From IMG/VR virus record IMGVR_UViG_3300011577_000001: a stretch of 64,000 bases of DNA. One strand, 5' to 3'. Below are positions 48,532-57,699 of the stretch, piece after piece. The stretch is from a virus. Taxonomy: Duplodnaviria > Caudoviricetes. How positions within the stretch are numbered: the first letter of the stretch is position 1; every line of letters begins with the position of its first letter. The notes beneath the pieces were generated by a model. It did not search any database, was not told where the DNA came from, and saw nothing but the letters and a program-made list of their open reading frames with translations. A program made the translations under genes and the position numbers.

Positions 48532-49413
48532 ATGTCTAACTACATGCAGCAATCGAAGACCAGTCTTCTGAACTACCTGAACGCCAAGAACGCAACCACG
48601 TTCAAGATGACTGACCTGGTGTTCAGTGCTCCACAAGTTATCAACGGTACGTGGCGCGGGGTCGCTAACCCGCACAACACTGCGGTCCGGGTGTCCGCTG
48701 ACCCATCCAGTATCTTCCAAGGTACGGTAGTGGTCACCTACGATCGTCTCGACCTCGCGTCGATCATCAAGGTGGGTGGTTTCATCATTCGTGCTGACCA
48801 CCCGGACAGCGCTCACGATCTGTTGGACGGTTTAGCGACCTACAACGGACTGAACTTCACTGTCGACGATATCGAAGACAGCCCTGTGACTGACAACGGT
48901 AACGGTACTTACACTGTAACCCTGACCGCTAAGGCAGGCTCTTACGGTTGGATGGGTAGCGTCCTGATCGAGAACTTCGGCCAAGGTGGTGCTCCTCTGG
49001 ACCGTGTACTGTCCGGCAGCGACATGCCTGGTCTGAACTACCCGACGTCTTCGGATGGTGACGTGTACGGTGCTCTGTACCTGTACTCCTACGACTTCAC
49101 CGACTACTTCGACCTGATGATGGATCTGGAAGAAGGGGTACCGTTGACAGCTCAACAGGCTACCGATTTGGCGGCCGCTATCAACGCACTGGACGTCTCG
49201 ACTGGTGCGGGTGCGTGGAACGCCTCGTCTGAACAGGCTGCGTGGTCGCTGCAAGGTGCTGTACCGTTCCTCAACGGTCTCAACACTCCTGATCTGCTGA
49301 CTAACTCCAGCTACAAATACGCTCTGCTGTTGGATCTGCGTCCAGGTGTCACCATGCCGAAAGGTCGGTTGGCCCTACACTACAACGATCCGATTGATAG
49401 CGGTTCCGTTTAA
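48532..49413 (+). CDS. putative virion structural protein, family A
   Basis: YDRLDL, SYGWMG, GRLALHYN motifs. Confidence 0.75.
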   Translation: MSNYMQQSKTSLLNYLNAKNATTFKMTDLVFSAPQVINGTWRGVANPHNTAVRVSADPSSIFQGTVVVTYDRLDLASIIKVGGFIIRADHPDSAHDLLDGLATYNGLNFTVDDIEDSPVTDNGNGTYTVTLTAKAGSYGWMGSVLIENFGQGGAPLDRVLSGSDMPGLNYPTSSDGDVYGALYLYSYDFTDYFDLMMDLEEGVPLTAQQATDLAAAINALDVSTGAGAWNASSEQAAWSLQGAVPFLNGLNTPDLLTNSSYKYALLLDLRPGVTMPKGRLALHYNDPIDSGSV

Positions 49414-49447
49414 CACGTGGGCCTTCGGGCCCTTTTAGGAGATCCCT

Positions 49448-50479
49448 ATGTTAAGGGCTGCTATTGGTTTCGAGCACTGTCCACGTAACGTTGTGGACAC
49501 GTGGATGGCCCAATCTGGTTGGGCAGTTACACGCCACCCTATCTACCCCACTTACGGTAAAGGGTTGATCGTTGACAACGATGGATGGATCACAGTACCG
49601 GATGGGGTTGCTCCTGGGTCTGACTCCTACATTCACATTGACCTGCGTCCGCTGATGGACAGCTCCAGCAAAGCCACGTTGATTGCATTCGGTTATCGGG
49701 CTAAGTTGAAGAAGGCTGGCACCATTCCGGGTTTGGGTAACCTGTGTCTGTGGGGTTCCAACCCGAGCAACGCTGCCTCACACGCACTGGCTACTTTTGC
49801 CAACCTATTCCCAGCGGGTTCAGCAGAGGGTGCCGAGTGCTATGTTGAGATTGTGTTCGATTTGGTTTCGACCTATCGCTACACTTATGTCAACGGTGTG
49901 ATGTTGGGTAGTACGATCTACAACGGACTCAACACTGCGTTCATCAAAGCGGGCGACTTCGGTATCTACTGGTCCCCATGCAATGCAAACAACGCAGGCT
50001 ACGTTGCCATTCGTGACATCTGGGTGACAGACGATCTACCAGGCGATGGTATGACCGGTCGCTTGGGTGACATGAAAGTGCGCCCACTCTCGTTGGCTTC
50101 GGCTATTGGTAACGGTTGGTCTGCCTCTGACGGTGGTTCCCTGTTGGCTGCTTTGACTGCACCTGTCGACAAAGTTAACCCGGCGGTGATCGATTCGGCT
50201 ATTGGCGCCAGTCCACTGGACCTCAAGTTCACGTCGTCTATCCCGAGCAACGAAGTCGTGGCTGGGGTACAACTGATACTCAACTCCAAAGGCAGCAACA
50301 ACACTGCGGTGGCTGATGTTGAAATGGAGCGTAGTGGTGTCGTTACGCCAAAACGTCGAGTCCAGTTGGACACCGTTCTGAAAGGCCGTTCGATGCGTTC
50401 TTGGCCCGTGGCTCCTGACGGTGGTCGTTGGACAAATCAGAAGCTGGCTGAGACCACGGTTAAAATCTACCCAGAGTAA
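49448..50479 (+). CDS. putative fibre head / receptor-binding protein, family B (beta-sandwich, ConA/LamG-like)
   Basis: GFEH, YVEI.FD, YVNG, DIWV.D..GRLG..V, APDGG.WT...L motifs shared with 52342 and 53411. Confidence 0.6.
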   Translation: MLRAAIGFEHCPRNVVDTWMAQSGWAVTRHPIYPTYGKGLIVDNDGWITVPDGVAPGSDSYIHIDLRPLMDSSSKATLIAFGYRAKLKKAGTIPGLGNLCLWGSNPSNAASHALATFANLFPAGSAEGAECYVEIVFDLVSTYRYTYVNGVMLGSTIYNGLNTAFIKAGDFGIYWSPCNANNAGYVAIRDIWVTDDLPGDGMTGRLGDMKVRPLSLASAIGNGWSASDGGSLLAALTAPVDKVNPAVIDSAIGASPLDLKFTSSIPSNEVVAGVQLILNSKGSNNTAVADVEMERSGVVTPKRRVQLDTVLKGRSMRSWPVAPDGGRWTNQKLAETTVKIYPE

Positions 50480-50485
50480 AAGTCA

Positions 50486-51490
50486 ATGACCACTATCCGT
50501 AGCCTTCCAGCTTACGCGTTGAGTCGGTCGACCGGACGGGTGCAAGCACGCAACGCCTTTGGTTATGCTCTCATAGATACCAACGGTAAGCTGCTGCGCC
50601 CAGCCGCTGATACTGACTACCGCAAACCTGAGACTCAGTTGCTCAGAGAACTGGTTATCCGCGCCAACCCTGACGCGGCTTCCACCCTCGATTCCGGTCA
50701 GGTTGTCTATGAGACCCCGACCGCAATCCAATACGTCCGTGGTGATGAATCCAACACCACTATCGTGGCCAAGGCAGCACCGAACGCTTTGGATGTGGTC
50801 GGACGACAAACGCTTCGTTATCGTCGGATCGATCTGAGCAAGCTGTTCCGTTACCAGACCATCGAGCTGACTCGCTACAGTAACTCGAACACTTTGCCTT
50901 GGGCTGAGGTTCAGGAACTGTTGCTTAAGCAACACGGCATCAACATCTCGACTGACACCTTTACTGCTGCCAGTCTTACCGCCAACACCGTCGCAACCTT
51001 TACTGCGAAAGCTACGTCCCTGTGTTACATTGGGTCGATTCAAGTGGTGTGGCGTAAAGGTCGTCGTGAAATCAGTGAGATGTTCACCACTGCAACCTTA
51101 GATGGTCGTACGTGGCCGGAAGGTCTGATTCAGTTTGGCGATAACTACAAACCGCAAGGTGAGTACATCGCTTACGACTTCGACTTCACCGACCTGATGG
51201 GTTCATCCTTCACCAGTTGGGGGAACGGAACCATTACGAACAGTGTAAGCGAGCTGGACAAACTAGCCAACGCATTGAAACTCGCCGCACCTCAGTTCAA
51301 CTGGAACAGTGGTCAGGCCTCCGTCGAAAACGTTGGTGGCACTGCGGGTCTGATGTTCAACCGTTACGCCTTACCGAACGCCGTTGCACCAGAAGCTAAC
51401 GGAGCGTTGTATAACCGTGTAGCGATTCTGACCCCGGTACTTGGGGACACATGGTTCTACGGTCGTCTTCTGTTCCACTACAAGGTGTAA
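50486..51490 (+). CDS. putative virion structural protein, family A, with 2 N-terminal strand repeats
   Basis: YRRIDL, SLCYIG, GRLLFHY motifs; IRSLPAYAL and ARNAFGYAL repeats. Confidence 0.75.
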   Translation: MTTIRSLPAYALSRSTGRVQARNAFGYALIDTNGKLLRPAADTDYRKPETQLLRELVIRANPDAASTLDSGQVVYETPTAIQYVRGDESNTTIVAKAAPNALDVVGRQTLRYRRIDLSKLFRYQTIELTRYSNSNTLPWAEVQELLLKQHGINISTDTFTAASLTANTVATFTAKATSLCYIGSIQVVWRKGRREISEMFTTATLDGRTWPEGLIQFGDNYKPQGEYIAYDFDFTDLMGSSFTSWGNGTITNSVSELDKLANALKLAAPQFNWNSGQASVENVGGTAGLMFNRYALPNAVAPEANGALYNRVAILTPVLGDTWFYGRLLFHYKV

Positions 51491-51494
51491 GCCC

Positions 51495-51986
51495 ATGTCT
51501 ATTTACAACGATTCAAGTTTGGACGTGTTGGCGTGGTTCAACAAGAAGGCCGGCACCAAGTTCACTCGGGACGACGTGATCTTCAGTAAACCTATCGTCA
51601 ACACAGATGCTGGTGCTACGCTGAACTCCAAGATCCGTGTCACCATGTCGCGGACCAACACCACACACAAAGGGACCATCGTAGTCGCTTACAACCGACT
51701 GACTTTGGCCAACATCGCGAACTATCCGAGACCGAAGTATCCTCCCCAGGCTGCGCTCGGAAGCTCCGTCTACGACCTGTTGCCGAAGCTGCGTAACACT
51801 TACGGTATCTGGTTGACTCGAGATGACATCGAAGAGACTTTCGTGACAGACGACGGCGCTTATGGTCGGGTGTTGCTCAAAGCCAAGGCAGATTCAGTAG
51901 GTTGGATTGGCGAATACACCTTGGTACTTTCTTCGAAGATCCCGCTGGCTGATCTGTTCAAAACCAAATCTATTAACTGGAGTTAA
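51495..51986 (+). CDS. family A protein, N-module only
   Basis: Start MSIYND; YNRLTL, SVGWIG motifs; stop in frame with the next gene. Confidence 0.75.
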   Translation: MSIYNDSSLDVLAWFNKKAGTKFTRDDVIFSKPIVNTDAGATLNSKIRVTMSRTNTTHKGTIVVAYNRLTLANIANYPRPKYPPQAALGSSVYDLLPKLRNTYGIWLTRDDIEETFVTDDGAYGRVLLKAKADSVGWIGEYTLVLSSKIPLADLFKTKSINWS

Positions 51987-51989
51987 GAC

Positions 51990-52340
51990 ATGCCTATCGT
52001 CGATCCGTACTGGGCAAATTACACCTTCCGTCTGGCTCTGACTGGCTACGATGACGTTCTGTCTGAATTTAAGACAGGCGACATCATCACTCCAGAGAGT
52101 GGCGAGTTGCTGGCGCTGGCGCTGAACGAGAAGGACAAGAAGGAAGGTAAAGGTCTGTGGCACAGTGAAGTTGAACTTCCCGAGTGGTCGTTGAACGGTT
52201 GCTTCGTGTTCTTCCACGGGGACAACCACCCAGACCTGCCAACTAAAGGTAACATGCAGAAGGTCCTGATCCTGGACTTCCCGGAAGACTCCGTGAAGCC
52301 TGTCGGTCGTCTGTTCTTCACTTACAACGTGGGAGGTTGA
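51990..52340 (+). CDS. family A protein, C-module only
   Basis: Aligns with the C-half of 48532-49413 (W...WSL.G...G.N.PDL.T..L.LD...P.GRL...YN). Confidence 0.75.
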   Translation: MPIVDPYWANYTFRLALTGYDDVLSEFKTGDIITPESGELLALALNEKDKKEGKGLWHSEVELPEWSLNGCFVFFHGDNHPDLPTKGNMQKVLILDFPEDSVKPVGRLFFTYNVGG

Positions 52341-52341
52341 G

Positions 52342-53400
52342 ATGGCTCTTCGCGATATTGAACCTTTCCTGAACATCGTAGGGCGGTACACGGCTACCCT
52401 CGCCCAGCAATACTCTGCTGAGTTGGCAGCCTACAACGTCCCATATCGAGTTTATGGTGGTGATGCCTACGGTTACGGACGTGTGACCGAACTGTATCAA
52501 GAAGACGGTTGGATGGTCTTGAGCAGCGGCGGCCCTGTTACTAATGGACGGTGTTTGTGTGTGGGACGCAGCCTCCAGTCGATGGGCATCAACGTGACTG
52601 ACGATACAGTTGCGTTTGGTGGTGCTCGTATGAAATTCGGTCGCTCTGTTCCGAACGTAGCAATGACCACGCAAATGGGTTCAGCGCTGAACTTGTTATT
52701 GACTTCCAACTTCCCGCAAGGTGCAGCGGTCAATACCGAGTACTACGTTGAGTGGTGTATCGACATGCCTAACAGCTTGTTCCGTGCACGCGTTGACGGC
52801 ATCGAGGTTCCTTCTGTTGCCCTCAGTACCACGATCAAGAACAACCTCAAATCGGGTGCTAACCTGTTGATGTGGGGTTCTTACAACACCGGTGTTACTT
52901 CGGCGTTGGATATCTACCTCAAGGACGGTTACGTTCTCGAGAAGACACCCGATGGTCTGATGTCTGGTTGGTTAGGTCCGCAAAGCGTTAAGGTGTTGCC
53001 GGTTAGTGAATTCATCGGGCCTTGGACTACCAGTGGCAGTAGTCCAAAAGACGTTCTAAACTCGCCGATGCCGACATCAGCAGACCGCCTGACTCCTTTG
53101 GTGTCTTCTGACAATGATGCTACAGAAGCCACGCTGAAGTTCGATACCTCTCAGATCACTGGTTTGATCAAAGGTGTCTCGGTCAACGTGATGATGCAGA
53201 AGCTACAGGGCCGTGTGGGCAACCTCGAATCGACCATCACAGCAGGTGGGGTTGAAAGCGCTAAGACGACCATTGTTCCAGTTAACACCATGGCGATGTA
53301 TACCCAACAGGTACTCTCGGCTAAAGCACCAAATGGTGGGGCGTGGACGATTGAAAGTCTGGCCGGGGCAACCCTCAAACTCAAACCAGTAAGTAGTTAA
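52342..53400 (+). CDS. putative fibre head protein, family B
   Basis: EYYVEW.ID, RVDG, D.YV...GWLGP..V, APNGGAWT...L motifs. Confidence 0.6.
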   Translation: MALRDIEPFLNIVGRYTATLAQQYSAELAAYNVPYRVYGGDAYGYGRVTELYQEDGWMVLSSGGPVTNGRCLCVGRSLQSMGINVTDDTVAFGGARMKFGRSVPNVAMTTQMGSALNLLLTSNFPQGAAVNTEYYVEWCIDMPNSLFRARVDGIEVPSVALSTTIKNNLKSGANLLMWGSYNTGVTSALDIYLKDGYVLEKTPDGLMSGWLGPQSVKVLPVSEFIGPWTTSGSSPKDVLNSPMPTSADRLTPLVSSDNDATEATLKFDTSQITGLIKGVSVNVMMQKLQGRVGNLESTITAGGVESAKTTIVPVNTMAMYTQQVLSAKAPNGGAWTIESLAGATLKLKPVSS

Positions 53401-53410
53401 GGAGGCTAAC

Positions 53411-54517
53411 ATGGTCAAAGATGTAAGACCCATTGGGGTCGAACACCTCTCCGAGAGCTTCCTAGAGCCTCGCGCTGGGTGTGGGTTGTTCCCGCTCAAT
53501 TGGAACATGTACACTGTTAAGCAAAGCGTTCACCAACTGGTGTCGCTCTTCAAGAAAGACAATCAGATGCGCTTCGGTATGATGGCTCTGGGTACCACTG
53601 GGTCTGCTGAGGGGATGGTGCAGATCCCCATGGGTAACCTATTCGCTAACCGGACCGACATTGCCAAGGCGGTCATCGGCTTCCGCTGGAAACCAGGTAA
53701 CCGTGGGGCTTCGATCGCTGTACCGTTTGGTGTCTTATTGAACAGGGTCACATCCGAAGGTGGATATAGTCCCGATACCACGATACTATCCGTTGCGGCT
53801 GCCCAGACGGAGTGCTACTTCGAGATCGAGATCATTCCTTATAACGGTGTTGCTGGTTACGGCTTCTTCATTTATAAGGACGGTGAACTACAGTCCACTG
53901 TCGCTATGAGTGGCTGGTTCACACGTGCTCAGATGCCTACCATTCAGTTCACCATCGGTATTGGCGCTTCGGCATTGGCCAACCAGGTTAGCGGCTGGGC
54001 ACAAGGTGACTACCTGTTCTCCATGGAAGACATCTACGTTGCATGGTCTACCGAGCAAACTGACAACTTGCGCCTGGGTCCGATCCGGGTTAAGCGCTTG
54101 CCAGTTTCCCAAGTGACACTGAATGACTGGACGCCACAAGGTGGGAAGTCGGCAGTCGACATCCTGAACCTTGCTAGCAACAGTCTGGATACTCGCACTG
54201 ATTACTTGGCTAGTGATCCCGCTAACACTGTGGTTAAGTGTAAGTTGGATTTGAGTGGCCTGAAGACAGCCGATCGGGTACTGGCGGTGGGCGCCTCCAC
54301 TTCTGCTTGGCGTGACGGAGCCACTACAGGTAACTTGTCCACTCGTTGGGAACACACCGATGGACAAGGGGCGGCCGTATCTTACAGTCCGACCTCGTCT
54401 ACCTACTTGAACCAGTTCGATGTTCCTCTCCAGACTCTGATCACGACCCCAGGTGGTGCAGCTCTCACCAAAGCCTCCATGGCCGCACTGGAGCTGGTGG
54501 TCACTCCTAGCGCGTAG
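53411..54517 (+). CDS. putative fibre head protein, family B
   Basis: GVEH, ECYFEIEI, YKDG, DIYV...RLGP..V, TPGGAALT motifs. Confidence 0.6.
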   Translation: MVKDVRPIGVEHLSESFLEPRAGCGLFPLNWNMYTVKQSVHQLVSLFKKDNQMRFGMMALGTTGSAEGMVQIPMGNLFANRTDIAKAVIGFRWKPGNRGASIAVPFGVLLNRVTSEGGYSPDTTILSVAAAQTECYFEIEIIPYNGVAGYGFFIYKDGELQSTVAMSGWFTRAQMPTIQFTIGIGASALANQVSGWAQGDYLFSMEDIYVAWSTEQTDNLRLGPIRVKRLPVSQVTLNDWTPQGGKSAVDILNLASNSLDTRTDYLASDPANTVVKCKLDLSGLKTADRVLAVGASTSAWRDGATTGNLSTRWEHTDGQGAAVSYSPTSSTYLNQFDVPLQTLITTPGGAALTKASMAALELVVTPSA

Positions 54518-54524
54518 GTGAACT

Positions 54525-55277
54525 ATGTCATTCAATCTTCGTAACGCCCCAACGTACGCGGCGCTTGCGTCAGAGCAGAAGCTGAACTTACGTAACGCTC
54601 CTGTCTACGCTATTGTCGGCGACCCGCCAGGGGTGCAGCTTCGTTCTACCAGCATGTTTGTGTTGGAAGAACAAAAGTCTGCTTTCAACGTACGAAAGAT
54701 CTCAGCATTCGTTCTCGAAGCTGTTATCCCAGCCTCGTTGTTCACCAGCCTCAACGGTTTGGAAACCCTGCGCGCGGCCATCAAGAAAGAGTTAGGCATT
54801 GCTGTCAATGATGCGCTGGCCACCTTCGGGAACCCAGTGACCGTCTCCGGTACTTACAACACCGCTGTGACATTGACAGCTACTCCCGACACTGACTACG
54901 AGGGTACTGTATCTATCCAGTACAACCGATTCAAACTTGCAGAAGCGTTTAAAGGAAAGGACACTTCGCAGGTCATCGGTGCAGCCACAACGATCCACGG
55001 TCGTCTGGCAACCATCAACTCATTCTTTGGTTTGAAATTAGAACCTCGGGATGTGGTGGATAAAGTACTGTTACCAGATGCTCCAGGCTTTACGCTGGTG
55101 GTCGCTAGTACTAGCTACCTGTACCAACCCGGCACCACGATGCGCATCGGTGTTGAAAACGCTAATGACCTTAGCATTCAGATCGAAGTGGATCAGATGA
55201 ACGGCTTCTCGGTCACTACTGATCTGGAAGACTGGATTCAAGTTTCTGCAATGAAAGGATTCGAACCAGCGACTTGA
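54525..55277 (+). CDS. family A protein with 4 N-terminal strand repeats and a duplicated C-terminal tail motif
   Basis: LRNAPTYAA, LRNAPVYAI, LRSTSMFVL, VRKISAFVL; YNRF.L; DL...I.V..M.GF twice. Confidence 0.75.
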   Translation: MSFNLRNAPTYAALASEQKLNLRNAPVYAIVGDPPGVQLRSTSMFVLEEQKSAFNVRKISAFVLEAVIPASLFTSLNGLETLRAAIKKELGIAVNDALATFGNPVTVSGTYNTAVTLTATPDTDYEGTVSIQYNRFKLAEAFKGKDTSQVIGAATTIHGRLATINSFFGLKLEPRDVVDKVLLPDAPGFTLVVASTSYLYQPGTTMRIGVENANDLSIQIEVDQMNGFSVTTDLEDWIQVSAMKGFEPAT

Positions 55278-55312
55278 CGGCATAGAGGGAGGCCGCAGCC
55301 TCCCCTTATGCT
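55276..55312. terminator. bidirectional terminator with TATGC on both strands
   Basis: GACGGCATAG-AGGGAGGC..GCCTCCCC-TTATGC between convergent genes. Confidence 0.75.
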
Positions 55313-55761
55313 CAGAGCTTACGGATGGTGAGATCCACACCGCCGAGATAAACCCAGCTTCCGTCGATCGCCAGCAATTGCAGCGTCTTACTTTCACCCG
55401 AGGCTGTCGGCAACACTGCGCCGTCTTCGAACTTGAGATCGCTTGCGATCAGCTTGTAACGATCAGCAATCAAATCGATGATGCTTTGCAGCGTGTCACC
55501 GGCTTGCAGGGTGTAGGTAGTCGACTTGACGATTTCTTCGATATACAGACGACGGTAGTTCAGTGTCTGCGTGCCGTAGAATTCGTTGTTCAGAGTTGCT
55601 TCAACCGTGAGGGACGAGTTCTTCACGGTGATGTCGCCGCTGGTGTCGATCTGGAGCAGGTCCTTGAGGACGAAATCATCGAGAGTAAACGACGTGCCGT
55701 TGGTCTCGTTGATCTGGTTGATGACGTTCTGAAGCGGGCTTAAAGTGTGATCAACTAGCAC
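55312..55761 (-). CDS. family A protein (N-module), inverted orientation
   Basis: INETNGT.FT.DD, NS.L.VEA, FYG.Q.L.YRRL, SWVYLG motifs; GTG start after AGGAG. Confidence 0.7.
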   Translation of the reverse strand: MLVDHTLSPLQNVINQINETNGTSFTLDDFVLKDLLQIDTSGDITVKNSSLTVEATLNNEFYGTQTLNYRRLYIEEIVKSTTYTLQAGDTLQSIIDLIADRYKLIASDLKFEDGAVLPTASGESKTLQLLAIDGSWVYLGGVDLTIRKL

Positions 55762-55867
55762 GTTGATAACTCCTGTTGTAGTAGGGACGTCTATAACGAT
55801 AGGTGCTCGGCGACGTATCATTTGACGGGTTCACTCCCACCCACTTTCTAAAGCAGGCGTCTTTGCC

Positions 55868-56398
55868 ATGTACCACATTGGAATGAAATCAGTAGAGCAG
55901 TTACTCGCTCTGCTTAACGACACCAATGGCTTGTCGTTAACACTCGATGACATCCAGTTCAGTACTCCGACTGTGCTGACCCCAGAGTCTCAGGTAGGCG
56001 ACGACAATCCTGCCAATACAGAGATTCTGATTGTAGCCAAACCTAATCGCAAGCCGATTGGTGAGGTAACGGTTCGTTACGATCGGATTGATCTGGCTGA
56101 CTTTGCAACCCTTCGAGATCCCACCGAGATCGAAGTAATTCTCCCAATGACCCACGCAAAGTTATTGGATGCATTCAACACCCATTATGGTTCCGCGCTG
56201 GAACTAGCGGACATTGATGTCACCACCGACATCCCTGAAAACATCGAAGAAGAGACCTTCGTTGAGCTGGTAGCCTCTACGGGCTCGCTGGCTTATCGCG
56301 GGAGCATACTGCTTACGGTGATCCCAGGGACGATCAAACTCAGCAACGTGATCGTTGTACGGGCTCTCAGTGGTCTTGAGTACATGGGTCGACCTTAA
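55868..56398 (+). CDS. family A protein (N-module)
   Basis: LNDTNGL.LT.DD, NT.I...A, YDRIDL, SLAYRG motifs. Confidence 0.75.
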   Translation: MYHIGMKSVEQLLALLNDTNGLSLTLDDIQFSTPTVLTPESQVGDDNPANTEILIVAKPNRKPIGEVTVRYDRIDLADFATLRDPTEIEVILPMTHAKLLDAFNTHYGSALELADIDVTTDIPENIEEETFVELVASTGSLAYRGSILLTVIPGTIKLSNVIVVRALSGLEYMGRP

Positions 56399-56500
56399 TG
56401 AGAGGGGCTTCGGCCCCTCTCATGCCGAACTTTATATGTAAATTTTAATATCTTATGAGTAGGGCATACGCCTTACTCAGTTTTCCTTGTGGAGATCCCC

Positions 56501-57007
56501 ATGAAAATCAATGTCGCTAAATCCGGTGCCGAGAACATTCTGGACCTGGTTCTGGACGCCAACCCTGGTCTGACGCTGACCGCTGCCCAATTCACCCTGG
56601 GTAACCCAAGCGCTTTCGTGGGTACTGGTGGCCGTAACACCCAAGTCACCCTGACCGCCGTTGAAGGCGAGGGCAAGACTGGTTCCAAAACCATCGACTA
56701 CACCCGTCTGAACCCTGTTACCGGCCCGAACGCCGGTCAAGCAGTGACTGGTGTGGAAACTGCTCTGGACGCCACCGACGTACAAGTCAAGGCTGCTCTG
56801 GTTGCTCTGTTCGGTCTGGTTGCTGCCGACGTTACCGTTGCTGACCTGGTTCTGCCAGTCGACGCCGATACCGACGGTTCCATCACCCTGGCCGCTGCCG
56901 CCAACAGCCTGCTGTACGTTGGCTCCACCTCCGTCGTGCTGAAAGCGCCGGTTGAAGACCTGAGCGGTATCGAAGGTCAGATGAACGGTTTCGAACCTGA
57001 AGCCTAA
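56501..57007 (+). CDS. family A protein (N-module), probably abundant
   Basis: NPGLTLT, RNTQVTLTA, YTRL, SLLYVG, QMNGFEP motifs; extreme codon bias. Confidence 0.75.
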   Translation: MKINVAKSGAENILDLVLDANPGLTLTAAQFTLGNPSAFVGTGGRNTQVTLTAVEGEGKTGSKTIDYTRLNPVTGPNAGQAVTGVETALDATDVQVKAALVALFGLVAADVTVADLVLPVDADTDGSITLAAAANSLLYVGSTSVVLKAPVEDLSGIEGQMNGFEPEA

Positions 57008-57010
57008 GTA

Positions 57011-57052
57011 GTCGGCATATTGGGAGGCCTTCGGGCCTCCCTTTATGCTGTC
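57011..57052. terminator. bidirectional terminator with TATGC on both strands
   Basis: GTCGGCATA-TTGGGAGGCC-TTCG-GGCCTCCC-TTTATGCTG. Confidence 0.8.
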
Positions 57053-57054
57053 TG

Positions 57055-57699
57055 TTACAGGAAGTACAACTCGAGGTGCTCTTTCACACGCTCGATGTTT
57101 TCTTGCCACGGGAGTTCTGCATCGAGATGTAAGCACTCTTGAGCGGTGTAATCCAGACGCTCCTGGAAACCGCGCCAGACCGCTTTGTGGTAATCCATAC
57201 CTTTGAGTTCAATGCGGTCTTTCGCACGTTCGGAGTCTTTCTGACGCTTCATGGCGATCTCAGGATCGATGTCGAGGAAGACCACCAGATCAGGACGGAA
57301 GCCCTTCAATGCGATCTTCTCAACCGCGAGGTACTCTTCTTCGGAAACAGCGCCGAAGGTAGCCACGCATTGCATCGCCCAGGACGAGTCAACGAAGCGG
57401 TCACTCAGGACCACACTACCGAGTTCCATCTGAGGTTTAATCAGTTCTTCGGTGTGCTGAACGCGTGCCGACATGAAGCCGAACAGTTCTGCCAACGGGT
57501 TGAACTTCTCTTCGCGACGTTTGATCAGAACTTCACGGATCTCTTCTGCCAGCGGAGTACCGCCCGGTTCACGGGTTTCCACCACTTCGTTGGAGATGCG
57601 GGTCCGCAGCCACTTAGCGACTTCTTTACGCATGGTGGTCTTGCCGCAGAAGTCGGGGCCTTCGAAAGCCACGAAGAACGGTTTAACTTGATTGCTCAT
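57055..57699 (-). CDS. tmk: thymidylate (dTMP) kinase
   Basis: FEGPDFCGKTT P-loop, TREPGGT, SDRF.DSS.A.Q, PDL..FLD motifs. Confidence 0.93.
   Translation of the reverse strand: MSNQVKPFFVAFEGPDFCGKTTMRKEVAKWLRTRISNEVVETREPGGTPLAEEIREVLIKRREEKFNPLAELFGFMSARVQHTEELIKPQMELGSVVLSDRFVDSSWAMQCVATFGAVSEEEYLAVEKIALKGFRPDLVVFLDIDPEIAMKRQKDSERAKDRIELKGMDYHKAVWRGFQERLDYTAQECLHLDAELPWQENIERVKEHLELYFL

Noticed and set aside
44509-57007. Diversity-generating retroelement or invertible shufflon acting on the fibre array
   Set aside because: No reverse transcriptase, recombinase or near-identical nucleotide repeats seen; the paralogues are similar only at protein level, and no inverted repeats were seen around the flipped gene
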